The notes under the pieces: model-generated
The model's input: only the letters and a program-made list of their open reading frames with translations
What the model was told of the DNA's origin: nothing
Databases searched by the model: none
Part shown: positions 39,775 through 54,100 of the stretch, one piece after another
Layout of the letters: each line of letters begins with the position of its first letter
Numbering within the stretch: the first letter of the stretch is position 1
Assembly (NCBI GenBank): GCA_951406725.2
Contig: OX597822.1
Coordinates: forward strand, 12,276,001 to 12,340,000
DNA from: Octopus vulgaris
Taxonomy: Eukaryota
Direction of reading: 5' to 3'
Length of the DNA stretch: 64,000 bases
Position numbers and translations under genes: made by a program

Positions 39775-40083
39775 AAATTAATCCCTTCACTATCGCGTGT
39801 GTTAGGTCCCAACCACCCGCCGCGATGGGTGAAAATCCGCGAAATAGAAACAGTACTGTACTGTATATTTTTAAAAAGTTATTTTTATAATTTATATACG
39901 TTAATTTTATTATAAATGCAAAACAAGAGCATGGAGGAATCGTCGTAAGCTTAAATAATAAACCACGATAGGTGAACCGCGATAGGTTAACCCTGATAGG
40001 TGAATCGCGATAGGTGAAACGCGATAGTGTACCGTGATAGGTGAATCGCGATAGGTGAACCACCATATGGCGAGGGATTACTT
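39775..40083. mobile_element. Tigger/pogo-like MITE with internal 14-bp tandem array
   Basis: Ends taatccct.cactatcgcg and ggcgagggattact; about seven copies of cgataggtgaaccg at 39963-40063. Confidence 0.6.
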
Positions 40084-40135
40084 TAGTTCATAAGATACCA
40101 CGTTGAGCCTTTGTTAGATGTAAATATGATACAAC

Positions 40136-40690
40136 CGCAGGAGTGGCTGTATGGTAAGAAGCTTGCTTCCCAACCATATGGTTCTGAGTTCAGTCCCACC
40201 GACTGGGACCTTGGGCAAGTGTCTTCTACTTTCACTCAGGGCCAACCAATGACTTGTGAGTAGATTCGGTAGACGGAAGCTGAAAGAAGTCCTCCGTCGT
40301 ATTTATATATTACTTGTGGGTGTGTTTTTGTATTTGTATCTGTCCTCCATCACCGCTTGACAAACTGTGTTGGTGTGTCTACGTCTCCTTAACAGAGCGG
40401 CTCGGGAATGGGACCAATATATGTATGTGTGTGCGTGTGTGTGAATACACAAATATACATATCGACATGTGTGTGTGTGTGTCGTATGTCTTTATGTTTG
40501 TTCACTTCCACCGCTTGACACAACTGTTTGTTTGTTTACGTCTCCGTTCATAAGCGGTTCGTTAGACAAGACCATGTGAATAAGTACCAAACTCTAAGAA
40601 AATAGAAAATAAATCCATTAAGTTCTTCAAGTCGATTTGTTCGGCAAAACCCTTCAGGTCGCACTCTATTAACTGAAAAAATAATTAAAA
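40136..40690 (+). mobile_element. SINE family A, diverged, with internal duplication
   Basis: gcaggagtggctgtatggtaag...ccttgggcaagtgtcttc; cgcttgaca block duplicated. Confidence 0.75.
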
Positions 40691-40715
40691 CGGTAAATAG
40701 ATGTCTCGCAGGCCA

Positions 40716-41240
40716 AATTTTTTCCCACGAGTGATACGGACTAAGTTATGAACTCATTTGCATACAGCCAATCAGAGCTCAACTATCAAACTAATTTATT
40801 AGCGAATAACAAATGATGGGCGATAAGATGAGGTCACTTGTGTTAGGAACAACCATGCTTCTTTTCTCTTTCAAGAATGCATGATGTTCTTGTTCTTGTT
40901 TCAACCATGGCTGCCTCTGCGTAGTTATCTTTGTTGTAGTTTACTTGGTTAAACAGTAAGTTGCTAGCACATCACCCTCTACCCACATTTTTCCCATCCA
41001 CATCTTTACCATAAGGGACCCTAACAAAATCCCATAATATGTATAGATGCAAATCTATCTAATTACTTGTCTCCTTCTAAAATCAGGCATAACTTGGCGA
41101 TCGGTTACTTACAACACCGTTCTTCGTTTTGAGTTTACTGGTAGAGTGTACTTGTTAACTTGACATGGTCAAGAAGAGCTCTGATTGGCTGTATGCAAAT
41201 GAGTTCGTTACTGGGGTCCGGAACTCTCGTAGGAAAAAAG
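40716..41240. mobile_element. MITE-like element with ~65-bp inverted arms carrying octamer and CCAAT motifs
   Basis: gaactcatttgcatacagccaatcagagctc pairs with gagctctgattggctgtatgcaaatgagttc. Confidence 0.7.
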
Positions 41241-42216
41241 ATTCACGAGCCGCAGAATAAATGTTTTAGACATCGTCCGAGAAGTCTTGTAAGAAACCAA
41301 GGTTACACAACATATTAGCTGGGTTAGAAACCCTGATTTTAAAATACATGACTTGAATCACATTGTAGAGAAACGCAAAATGTGTTTTCAACGTATATTT
41401 AAGTAAAGTAATCCACAATGTACAGTACTGAGTCTCCATTCAACAGGATTATTATTGGAAATAAGGCCGTCAAACTCAGTGATATAACAGTATTAAACAA
41501 AGTGTGACGTTTAACATATGTTTGATTCCGATAGCTGAACATTTATGGTCTGATAAACGAACATTACACAAAATATAGCCTTAAATAAAAGTTAGAAACA
41601 AAAATGAAAAAACTTTTTTTGTCTTCGGCTGATAAGGTGTTTCAATGAAAATCAACTATTGGATAACTATCATTGCAAATGTGGAAATTAACAAATAGTT
41701 CGTTAGAGGATATATATCTAATTTGTAATGCGGAAAATTTCTTTAATGAATTTTATTCTGATGTCAGTAAATTGACATAAACTCAGATTCTTATATTCAA
41801 CAGGAATTCGTGTTGAGAAAGAAAAAAAGAGAGAGAAAGAGAGACAGACAGACAGAGAGAGAAGCACTTTTGCATCATCCTCTAAATCAAAGAAATGGCA
41901 ACAAATATTTTAAATTAGGGGATGAAAAATTTAGCTGCCTCTAATTTCTCTCGTTTCAAATCTGCGCTTGAAAAAGGATCTTTTCGAGACGTTGGATTTT
42001 CAACTGCATGCAGCAGGTTCACTGTACTAATTTTATCGATTTTAGTAAATGATATGTCATTCCGACGCAAACACACACGCCACCCATTTTAGAGACGGTT
42101 TCATTACATATATATATATACATACATACATACAGAACACAATAAAAGAAAACTTCTCTATAACAGACAAGTTCTCCTTCAGAAATATTTCAACTATTTC
42201 TTTCTCCATCTGCTTA

Positions 42217-42329
<113 letters not shown>

Positions 42330-42488
42330 ATATCTATATATATATGCATATATATATATATATATGTATATGCATATATATATATGTGTGTGTATATATA
42401 TAGATGTATACATATATGTGTGAGTGCCTGCATGTAAATATACATACATACATACACACACACACACGCACACACACTCACATATATA

Positions 42489-42520
<32 letters not shown>

Positions 42521-43151
42521 CACCCAACTATAAAGGGGGATAAGTGTTTACCACATAACTCAATAATTGCTTATCACAAGAGATTTAATTATGTAAGTGA
42601 AGTTAACGGGCGAGTTGCGGGAACCGGAACGGATTGAGAGGATGGCGGTTGGAAGCCCAGCTTAAGCATGTTCGTTTTTAATCAATGTTTCTTGCCTCAA
42701 TTATGTTTCAGAGGTTTAAAAGAAATTTTTCTGACATGAAAGCTTTCATATTTTTATTGCTTCTAAGAATGACGATATTTTCGCCGCAAAAAGCAAAATA
42801 AAATAAAATAAAATGTACTCGAAACTAATATCTTAAGATTAGTATTTACCATTCTGCTATAATGCAGCGTGGAATATTAGGAAATTAAAAGAGCGAAACT
42901 GGGATAAGGAAATAGAATAATATCATCTGTCCAGATTCCAATAAGTTGCACTAGAAACAGCGAGAGTAAATAAAGATATAAACACATATATTTGTGAGTG
43001 TGTCTCAAGATCTCTCTCTTTCTTTCTCTGCCTCTCCCCCTCTCTCTCTCTATATATATATATATGCATATATTTGAACATACACATTTATGCATATGTA
43101 TGTATATGCATACATATATATATATCAAAATTTTACATATATATTCATTCG

Positions 43152-43191
<40 letters not shown>

Positions 43192-43236
43192 ATATATGTG
43201 TGTGTGTGTATATATATATGTGTGTGTGTGTGTGCA

Positions 43237-43333
<97 letters not shown>

Positions 43334-43341
43334 ATTATTAA

Positions 43342-43399
<58 letters not shown>

Positions 43400-43499
43400 G
43401 ATTTGTTTTGTAAGATTCCTGATGCTGATGTGAAATTGTGTGTTGAAACAGCTCTTGTATATTTCGGGATAATTTTTTTTTCTTGCCAAATAAACACAC

Positions 43500-44200
43500 G
43501 CTCGTGTTTATTTCTCTTCCTGTTTCATGCGCATGATCAGGAAATCTTTCGTCACACATCTATGACATCTTCAACGATAAATCCGGCAGCCGTCGATAGA
43601 AACCCTACCAAACTCCATCCAGGTAATGTATCCCCACATCGCCAGCATGAGGAAATCAACAGTACAGGATTATGGGGAATGAGAAAATATCCTCAATGTT
43701 GATACGATGAGGTGCTCAAATATCCTGTGAGCAAGAAGCGCACGGCCAGCATCTTTGATCTCACAAAAATAAAAACGATATCCCGGTTCTGTGTAGTCTT
43801 TGCAAGGATTATAAAGCGACCATTGATCTGGTGATAGGATCACCGAAAAGACCGGTCTGCGGGGCCAACCTCTCCAGCAACTACAGAATCTACTGCCTCT
43901 CTATGATCGTACGCCCTCTGATCAACATGTCCTTGGATGTGTGTAACAACACAGAAGACCTCCTCAGCAGAATCAGTGAACGCAGCCCCGTTTGCAGCCT
44001 GACGTGATGCATAATAAGCAGTATGGATGTAGAACCCCCACACCCATTCATTGATGTTAATTTTGCTGTGGAGAAATGTGTAGAGATGATCAGCGAAGGC
44101 GACGAAGAGATTCATAGTGTGGGCACAGAAGGACTGGGCCTCCTCCTTAAACTTACATGTGGCAAAGAGTACTTAGATGAACAGGACCTTAGCTGATTCT
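43500..44200 (-). mobile_element. Highly decayed RTE-like LINE fragment
   Basis: SGCKRGCV (GVKQGCV-like) and MWGYITWMEFGR (RWAGHVxRMEDGR-like). Confidence 0.4.
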
Positions 44201-44244
44201 GATCCCACTAGATAAGTAAGAAAGAGATCCCTACAGTAACTTCA

Positions 44245-44910
44245 ATGGTCAAAAACACCCCTAGAGAGAGAAGGAACAGCTGGACCAGAGTCATACGGAC
44301 ACCCGAAAACTACGTTCAAATTAAGAAAAAAAGGGTCGCACATGTGGAAGGTGCGAGTGCCAGAGTCACATTAAAGGGTCACAGGTTCAAGCTGAATAAC
44401 AAGATATACGCCCAAGTAGAAGGTGCAGCCATCGGTGTTAGTATCACTTGCGATGTGGCCAACGTATTTATGGTTTGGTGGGATAGGAAACTTAAAGAAA
44501 GATTAGCAGAGAGCTCCGCAACCATAACCATAACCATGTATTCCGCTATGTGAATTATGCCAACATAGTAGCTAAAGCACCCCCACAAGACAGGGTCTAT
44601 GAACTAGAAGCTAGCACTATGGAGAGCATCCAGGAAATAAGCTAAGAATAAGAAAGAAGTAGATTACCCTAGCAAGCACCCTAAACATAGGCTACCGGTC
44701 TTAGACAGGGAACACTGGTTGGGAACTAAGGGCAATAAGATTCAGATCCTTCATTCTCACTATGGCAAACCCATGGCCTAATAGCGGACTTCGAGAAAAC
44801 ACATACAACACTTCGTCCACCGCATGCAGCTCCCTGGCTACGAAGGAGCCAGGGCTAAATACAAGGTGATCATAGGGAATGATGCAAATGGGATCTACAC
44901 GTCATACAGA
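44245..44910 (+). mobile_element. Penelope-like element RT fragment
   Basis: FKLNNKIYAQVEGAAIGVSITCDVANVFMVWWD, DYPSKHPKHRLPVLD, HSHYGKPMA. Confidence 0.75.
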
Positions 44911-45132
44911 CTATTTTATGCCCATTGCGCACATTGTAACGTAACCTATTGTCAATTTGAACGCTTTAAAAGATGGAAGCATCTATACGATCTTTGACGA
45001 CCGAAGCACTCCTTTCAAATCTTTTAGCCTAACTTGCCTTAATTATGAGATATATATATATATACCTACACACGCTCACACACACATACATATATACGTA
45101 TGTGAACATACATACATACATACATACATACA

Positions 45133-45167
<35 letters not shown>

Positions 45168-45754
45168 GTGAGTGTGTGTATGTATGTATATATATATATA
45201 TATGAGTATACATATATATATGTATATATGTAATATATGATATATACATGTATATGTGTGTGTGTGTGTGTGAGTGCGTATACACATATACGAGTGTAAA
45301 CTCAACCATAAGACGTTTAGCAGGGAATCATTAAGTTTGTGAGTAATAAACAACCAATGATAACGATACAAAAAAATTATTGCACATCGAAGGATGCCGT
45401 CTTGTTTCCAAACGAATTCATAAGCAATCACAGGTATAATATATCACTGTATACACACGTATGTATTCACAGAAATGTGTTCGTGTGTGCACGGCTGTGT
45501 GCCTGGGTGTTTTGGTTTGTAGTTGATGGATGTAGTTCTGTGTTGAAATATATCGATGTACGCTTAGCGAGGCGTTCATAAAAACTGATTACATTGGACA
45601 TAACTCAGTGGAGCGTTTAAGGAGCGTTTGCTTTCGCCCTTAGGCTAACGTGAGGGGCTACATAGCAGACATATAATAATGATGATGTTGATGGTGATGG
45701 AGATGATTATGCTGATACTAACAATAATAATAACAACAATAATAAAAGTAATCC

Positions 45755-45848
<94 letters not shown>

Positions 45849-45892
45849 ACATATGCGAGTGTGTTAGTATATATTTATGTATACATAACTGT

Positions 45893-45942
<50 letters not shown>

Positions 45943-46175
45943 TGTATGTATGTATGTATATGTATGGAGGTATGTATGTATACTTTCCCGCGTAAACACA
46001 CACACGTATAATGATATTTCGACATATATTTACATATTTGTGTGTATATGTGTCTGTGTCTTCGCATGTCTGCGGTTATATGCCGCAACATATATATAAC
46101 AATATGGAGTGTATCTCTATCCTCTGTGGGTGTGGCTCGCTACAATTGAACACGTAACATACAAATTCCAAAAAA

Positions 46176-46210
<35 letters not shown>

Positions 46211-46479
46211 CGCACGCACACACACACACATATATATATGTGTGTGTGTATGTATGTATGTATGTATGTGTGTATGTATGTATGTATGTATGTGTGTATG
46301 CATGTATAAGTCTAAGAGGAAAAGTTTCTTTAGCAAGAAAGTAGCATAACGATAGATACGTTCGCACAAATCAATGATTTCTATGGAATTTATAAATATA
46401 TATATCATTCATGCTTTTAGGCCAAATTAAAATTTATCATACCTACCACATCTATCACACGTACTACATATCTGACTCT

Positions 46480-46527
46480 ATATAATCCTCTCATATACAT
46501 ACATACATACACACATACATACATATG

Positions 46528-46558
<31 letters not shown>

Positions 46559-46580
46559 GTATGTGTATATATATATATGC

Positions 46581-46649
<69 letters not shown>

Positions 46650-46791
46650 TGCATATGTATATATGCATAAATATATATATATGCATATATATATTTGAAT
46701 GAATATATATGCATATGTATATGTATATATGTATATATACAAATATACATGTATATATGTATATATATATGTATATATATATGTATATATG

Positions 46792-46822
<31 letters not shown>

Positions 46823-46980
46823 GCATACGTACATATATACATAATATATATATGCATATATATATGAATGTATATACATGCGCATACATATATATGCTTA
46901 TATATACGTATGTATATGTATATATATGTATATATATACAGTACATATATATATATACATATATATATATATATGTGTGT
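46480..46980. repeat. Degenerate (TA)n/(TACA)n array
   Basis: Direct reading. Confidence 0.9.
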
Positions 46981-47692
46981 GTGCATATATCCGTTGATCT
47001 ACTAGTATGTATTTACACACGCGCGCACATACACATACGTGCATACATTCACGTACACACGCATTAATACATAAAAGAGTTTACGATAAGCATAAGTTTA
47101 TGATCTATATTTGTACACAAAGGAGACACAATATATTTATATATACACACATAAATGTGTGCTTGTGTTTGTATGTATGATTGTGAGGCCTCGTGCGTCT
47201 ATCAAAAATCTATATATTTTCTCTGACAGACTGTTTCACTTTCTCACTCTCTATATATACAGATCAATTTATATATATGCATCAACGCACACACACTCAT
47301 ATATACATATGTATGTATATATATGTCTATATATAATTAAATATACATATAAATATATGAATATATATATATGTATATGAATATATTGATATATGTATAT
47401 ATATATGCATACATATAAATACATATATTAAGAATTATATGTATATATAAATATATATATATGTCTATATGTATTATTGTATTATGGTATGTGTATGTGA
47501 GTACGCTTACAGTATCAGTGGGTAATTATATACAGTACAAAATAATTATATGCGTGTGTATATATATATATATATATTTGTATGTGAGCGTTTGCATGTA
47601 TGTATACGTGTTTGTGCGAAATTAATAATATAGATTTTATACCCGTGTTCGAGCGCGCACGCACATATTCACATGCACATTCACACGCACAA

Positions 47693-47737
<45 letters not shown>

Positions 47738-48249
47738 CTCTCTCTCTCTCTGTTTTACTGCCCTTTGCACACACAGAGGAAATATCCATATTTCACTATT
47801 ACGAAGAGCGCTTGCATTTTTCTGCACCCAGTTTTTCAATCGAAGCAGAAAGATCAGATGAATTTTACGGTTTATAAAATGCAAATCTGCAACCACACCG
47901 TCGATGGTTACAGTGTAAACACCGTAATTATTTTTTATAAACCTAAATATATTTCCATTGAAGTTTCTCGCATAAAAAATAAAGTTTTGATGGTGCTTTT
48001 TATTAGATGTGTAAACATATAATTCTATGCATTTTTGGTAGACAGTCGAATACGCGCACTTATATATTCCAAATTAAAGACCGATGCATACATCCAGTCA
48101 ACATTTAACAAGAGAATGTTAAACATCTGCTGAGAATCTTCCCTTAACCGTTTGCCTTTCAGAAACATTTTCAAACGTCCATAATTGTTTTCAGGTCTTT
48201 AGATATGTCAGTTAATTTGGTTAATTTGGGAAAATGTAGGATATAGGTG

Positions 48250-48395
48250 AAGGAGTGGCTGTGTATTAAGTAGCTTACCAACCATCAATATGGTTCCGGG
48301 TTCAGTCCCACTGCGTGGCATCTTGGGCGAGTGTCTTCCACCATAGCCTCGAACCGATCCAAGACTTGTGAGTGGATTTGCTAGATGGAAAATGA
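48250..48395 (+). mobile_element. SINE family A 5' half
   Basis: aggagtggctgtg...ggttccgggttcagtcccactgcgtggc. Confidence 0.8.
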
Positions 48396-48993
48396 AGAGG
48401 TGGATAATAAAGCGAAGATCATGGAAGCAAAAGAAGATATTATGAGAGAATTAAGCAAGACTGAATTTAATAACAGGATCAGTAGAGAACCGCTACCAAA
48501 GCTTTCAGACAATATGAAGAATAACAACATAATCATGATATATAATATTGGACAGATCTTAAGAAATAAGGGAAATGACCTGACAATCATAAATAACCTC
48601 GTCTATTCCACTGCTAAAGCTGTAACTGCTCAATTGTCTATCAGGACGACACATAAAAGGGCCAACCATGTCAATAGACCTCCTAAGTAGAAAGCTGCAA
48701 TACGAAAAGAGATCGAAATTTTGCGGGCGGAGGTATCAGTTCTCGATGGACTTACTAGAGGAGTAAATGTTAAAACGAAACAAGCTAGAAAAATCAAGCA
48801 AAAATATAAAATCAATGATTTTATAAACTTCCCTGCAACGAAGGAACTAAGAGCACTTGCAGAAAACAGCACTACGTGGAACTGCTCGAATACTCATGAT
48901 GGTGCTCGAAAAAAAAGGGGTGTTACCTTAGTTCACTAGTAGTAAACAGCTGACACCGTAGTACATCTCAAGCGTTATAAGCTGTGCAAAGGC
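48396..48993 (+). mobile_element. R4/Dong-like LINE: upstream fragment joined to a family A 3' end
   Basis: NNLVYSTAKAV...PPK*KAAIRKEIEILRAEVS, then LQKTALRGT and the family A UTR into (TAA)n. Confidence 0.65.
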
Positions 48994-49065
<72 letters not shown>

Positions 49066-49066
<1 letters not shown>

Positions 49067-49685
49067 TATTCACAGACACGAAGAAGGAATATATTCACAG
49101 ACACGACAGAGTTGTGACTTACATACTCTGGAAGTTATGCCAACACTATGGAATAACAACAGAAAAAAGATGGTATGATCAAACGTCAGAAAAGGTCACA
49201 GAAAAACGAGAGACCAACCATACTATGGGATATGCCAATACACACAGATAGAGAAATTAAGGCCAATAGGCCAGATATAGTTGTCAGAGATCATGAAGAA
49301 AAAGTGCTTTCTAATTGATGTATCAATACCAGCAGATGACAACATTTCTCTAAAAGAAATGGAGAAACTCTCAAAATACAAAGACCTGGAAATAGAGGTA
49401 ACTCGAATGTGGAATCTAAAAACAAAAACAATTCCTATCATAATATGCGCATTAGGTATGATGAAAAAAAATATTCAGACAAGTACATAACAAAAAAACA
49501 CCAGTACTTACAAATATATACAACATACAGAAAATTGCACAACTGGGTACTACACACATCCTACGCAAAACACTTTCAATACAGTAACCATAAGAACATC
49601 ACAGCAAGCCACAGCACATACCTAAGGCACGCAGAGCTGCGCTCGGTAGTGAAATGAAAGCACGTTATAAAAATAAAACTTCTGA
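49066..49685 (+). mobile_element. R4/Dong-like LINE 3' end, family B
   Basis: RHDRVV, ANRPDIVV, CFLIDVSIPADDNISLKEMEKLSKYKDLEIE; (TAA)n on both sides. Confidence 0.9.
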
Positions 49686-49696
49686 ATAATAATAAT

Positions 49697-50098
49697 AGAA
49701 TGGGAACCCGGACATAGTCTTAATTAAGCAAGAAAACAAACTATGCTGGATCATTGATATAGCATGCTTAGCTGACAACAAGGTATGAGATAAAGAAGAA
49801 AGAAAAGTCGGTAGGTATGACAGGTTAACTTGGAAGGTTAAGCAGTTGTGGTCGCTGGACAAGGTGGTAATAGCACTAATAATTGTCGAAGCCTTGGGAA
49901 CAGTGAGTAAAAATATTGTGAAGTACATGGTACAAATAGGGGATGCAATAAGGGTGGAGCACTTGCAGAAAACAGCACTGCTTGGAACCGCCCGAATACA
50001 TCGGAGGGTGCTCGAAAAATAATGAGTTATCTTAGTTCACTGGTAGTGAACAGCTGACACTGTAGTACATGTCCAGCGTTAGAAGCTGTGCAAAGGCA
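49697..50098 (+). mobile_element. R4/Dong-like LINE 3' end, family A
   Basis: NPDIVLIKQENKLCWIIDIAC...LQKTALLGT; same UTR as 7690-7753. Confidence 0.85.
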
Positions 50099-50104
50099 AT
50101 GATG

Positions 50105-50220
<116 letters not shown>

Positions 50221-50239
50221 AATAATAATAATAATAATA

Positions 50240-50787
50240 GATGCAGTACCAGGCAGTGGCTCTCATGGCTTCTGATCTTAACTGATTGGAAGTGTTATCA
50301 TGTACATTGTTTTGTCTTGGTATAAAAGATGGGCTACAGCAAATATTCTGCTCAATACCACAGATTTGCTTGTCAGTTGTTTGACCATAACCAGTTGAGC
50401 ATGTCCCTTAGTGGCTGACGATATGTGCATCTCTGATCACGAGCAGAAGTAGTGGGGGAGCATCATAGCCATGTGTTGAGAGGGATTCTTTGGGGTTTGA
50501 ATAATTCACCTCTGGAAACATGGGTGGTTCTTTCAACATCCTTAAACAACCCTTATTCAGGGACCTTTTGAGCGAGATGGGCTACTCAACCTGAAGAAAA
50601 TTCTAACTAGGCCCCACCTGCAAGGTCATGTGCTGTTTATCTTGATATGAGATCACCATGTCGCGCACATATGGTTGTGATGCATGTGCCTGGTGTACCT
50701 TTATCAGACGGGTAGTCATGATGGGTATATTGGGCTTCGTATATTTTACCCCAGTGTCACTTTGATGGCATGCACTGCTCTCTCACT
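50240..50787. mobile_element. ~550-bp non-coding element within (TAA)n
   Basis: Longer copy of 6097-6614; (TAA)n on both sides. Confidence 0.8.
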
Positions 50788-50817
50788 CAATAATAATAAT
50801 AATAATAATAAATGATA

Positions 50818-51030
50818 ATGGTTTCAAATTTTGCAGGAAGGGTAGCAATTTGGGGTGAGGGAAGGCGTCTCTTTCACCGACTCTAATGTTCAACAGGTAT
50901 TTAATTTATCGACCCTGAAAGGGTGAAAGGCAAAGTCTACCTCGGCGGAATTTGAACTCAGAACGAAGCGGCAAACGAAACATCGGAAAGCGTTTCGCCT
51001 GGCGTGCTAACGATTCTGTCAGCTCACTGC
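50818..51030 (-). mobile_element. SINE family B
   Basis: gaaagggtgaaaggcaaagtctacctcggcggaatttgaactcagaacg. Confidence 0.8.
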
Positions 51031-51079
51031 ATTACTAATAGCAGCAGCAACAACAACAATAGTAGTAGTAATGATGATG

Positions 51080-51145
<66 letters not shown>

Positions 51146-51551
51146 GGCGCAGGAGTGGCTGTGTGGTAAGTAGCTTGCTAACAAACCACATGGTTGCGGG
51201 TTCAGTCCCACTGCGTGGCATCTTGGGCAACTGTCTTCTGCTATAGCCCCGAGCCGACCAATGCCTTGTGAGTGGATTTGGTAGACGGAAACTGAAAGAA
51301 TCCTGTCGTATATATGTATATATATATGTGTGTTTGTGTGTGTTTGTGTGTCTGTGTTTGTCCCCCTAGCATTGCTTGACAACCGATGCTGGTGAGTTTA
51401 CGTCCCCGTCACTTAGCGGTTCGGCAAAAAGAGACCGATAGAATAAGTACTGGGCTTACAAAGAATAATTCCCGGGGTCGATTTGCTCGACTAAAGGTGG
51501 TGCTCCAGCATGACCGCAGTCAAATGACTGAAACAAGTAAAAGAGTAAAGA

Positions 51552-51552
<1 letters not shown>
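51146..51552 (+). mobile_element. SINE family A, full length, in (TAA)n
   Basis: Colinear with 16367-16785. Confidence 0.9.
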
Positions 51553-51620
<68 letters not shown>

Positions 51621-53819
51621 TGATGATGATGATATTTTTTAATATTGATGTCGAGAGAACGTGGGATTTGAAAGCAAATGCGGTACCATTTGTGATTTGA
51701 AACCTTCATAAACATCTTGACACTATAGGAACAGCAAATATCTCGCGGAAAGTGCTTTCTAATTGAGGTTACACCTTTTGATAGGGAGTCAATTAAACGA
51801 TCCATTGTTAACATTACTGCGCAAATCGAAAACAAAAAATAGACCACTACTTATGATGAAGAGGATGATGGTGATGATGGTGATTATTCTTACAAACTCT
51901 TTTAGAGTGTCGGGAGTAAGTCGGTTTAATCTGCCCTTACTTGTCTGGTAATTATTTTATCGAACCTTAATTGATGAAAAGCAACATTGAGCACGGCAGT
52001 ATTTGAACTCAAAACGTAAAGAATCAGAAGAAATACCGGTAATCATTCTCTCCTGTGTGCCAATAATTCTGCAAGTTGGCAGACCTTTCTGGATAAATAT
52101 AGAGCCGTATGAATTAGCATTTCCACCCTCACTTCATCGTAACCACCCCGCCAAAAATAATAAATAAAACAAAAGAACATTGAATGGACGTATCCATGTT
52201 TGTGGCTGTTGTGCAGATGGCTGTTCGGTTCAAATCGCACTTTCAAACCTATTAAACCCAATAACAGCCATTATTGTCTTAAAGAAAGGGACAAACATTT
52301 TAATGTATAGTGTGTCAATTTCTTTAAATTTACAGGGACATTTCGTTCTCAGCACTATTCCTTAACGGGAACCATCAATTGACCCTAGAGTTAAATTATA
52401 TTCCCATCATTGCTTTTATTGTTTCAACAGAATTGGTGAATTGACAAGTGTGTGTTTAGTTGAGTTAATGGAATGAGTGACTGGGAAAATCGTTGGCTGA
52501 CGTGGCTGGCGTCGCTATTTGATGTCTAGCTGGTTGAATAAAGAATTTGAATAGATACTTGGCTAACAAACTGACTGGCTGCTTGGCTGTCTTTCATGAC
52601 TCTATCTGTCTCTCTGCATATGTGACTGTTTCTTTGAATTTGCGTATGTAGTTACGTACGTACATATGTATGTATATATATATGTACGTATGCTATGTTT
52701 GTATGTATGTATGTATGTATGTATGTATGTTTGTATGTATGTATGCATGCATGCACTTATGGATGGATGGATGGTTGGATGTAAGAATGGTAGGTTGATG
52801 GGTGTAATTGAAGGAGATGATATTGATGGACAAATAATTTTAGATTTATAAACTAAATAGAAATGATTAAAGGGTACCTATCGATTTCTATTGGACGCAC
52901 AGTAATTTCGAATTTTCATCTCCTTTTAAGATATTTTTCCAATTAAAACCAACCCACTAGTGGCGACAACCCATTATATCAAGAATCTTAATTAGAGAAT
53001 CTAAAATCAGAAACTAGTCGAAACCAATACGAGACTAAATACACTAAATAGATAACATAATGAAAGTAGTGCTGTCAATTTTATTATTTTTTTTAACATT
53101 TAATTTAATGTCTGGCATCAATTCTGGTGTGTGAATGGTAAATTCATTGCTTTCGCTATTATTGAGAAATGGAGGTTGAATTCATCATAGGTGCAGCAAC
53201 GCTTCATGAAAGAGGAGTTAAATTTGCTGTTCACAATAGCAGTGTAGTGTATTTATCTGTCTGTCTGTCTATCTATCAGTCTATCTATCTGTCTATTTAT
53301 CTATCCATCTGTCAGTCTGTCTGTCTGTTGTCTGTCCCTCTGTCTACATATATATTACATAATATTAAATATTATATACTAAGTATTACACACACACATA
53401 TACGTACATACATACATACATACATACATACATACATACATACATACATACATACATACATACATACATACACTTATGTGTGTGTGAGTGCATGTGCGCG
53501 CAAACGCACTCACATATCAAAAGTAGATAGACATTGTCATGTCTTAATGATTCGCTACTTTCCTGGTGGAAGATGTTTCTTTTCAGCTGATCTCTCATAG
53601 TAACCGAGTTGCTGAAGATACCTCTAAGTGGTATTCCGGTTCATTTGGAGTTGCTCTGCAACACTGACCTTGTGCCTGTTGCTTCGAGACACCAGAGCAT
53701 GAGACTGTTGATAGCTCTTAATTAGATAATGTGTATATTCAGTGAAATTTATCTCTCTGAATAGAGAGGATTTTTTATCTAAAACTTACATACAACTGTA
53801 CAGTAAACTATATACATTC

Positions 53820-53913
53820 TTTGAGTTTTTTTCAGTCATTTGACTGTGCCCATGCTGGAGCACCGCCTTTAGTCGAGCAAACCGGACCCAAGACTTATTC
53901 TTTGTAAGCCTAG
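53820..53913 (-). mobile_element. SINE family A 3' fragment
   Basis: ttcagtcatttgactgtgcccatgctggagcaccgcc. Confidence 0.8.
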
Positions 53914-53933
53914 TAATTATCGTATATAAATAT

Positions 53934-54022
<89 letters not shown>

Positions 54023-54100
54023 CAACAACAACAATAAGACAACAAAAGAATGAATGAGACCTCGATATTATGTAAATAGATTTTATCTATATATATTATA

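Noticed and set aside
39963-40063. Regular 14-bp repeats resembling a CRISPR or iteron array
   Set aside because: No spacers; it is a tandem array inside a MITE in eukaryotic DNA.
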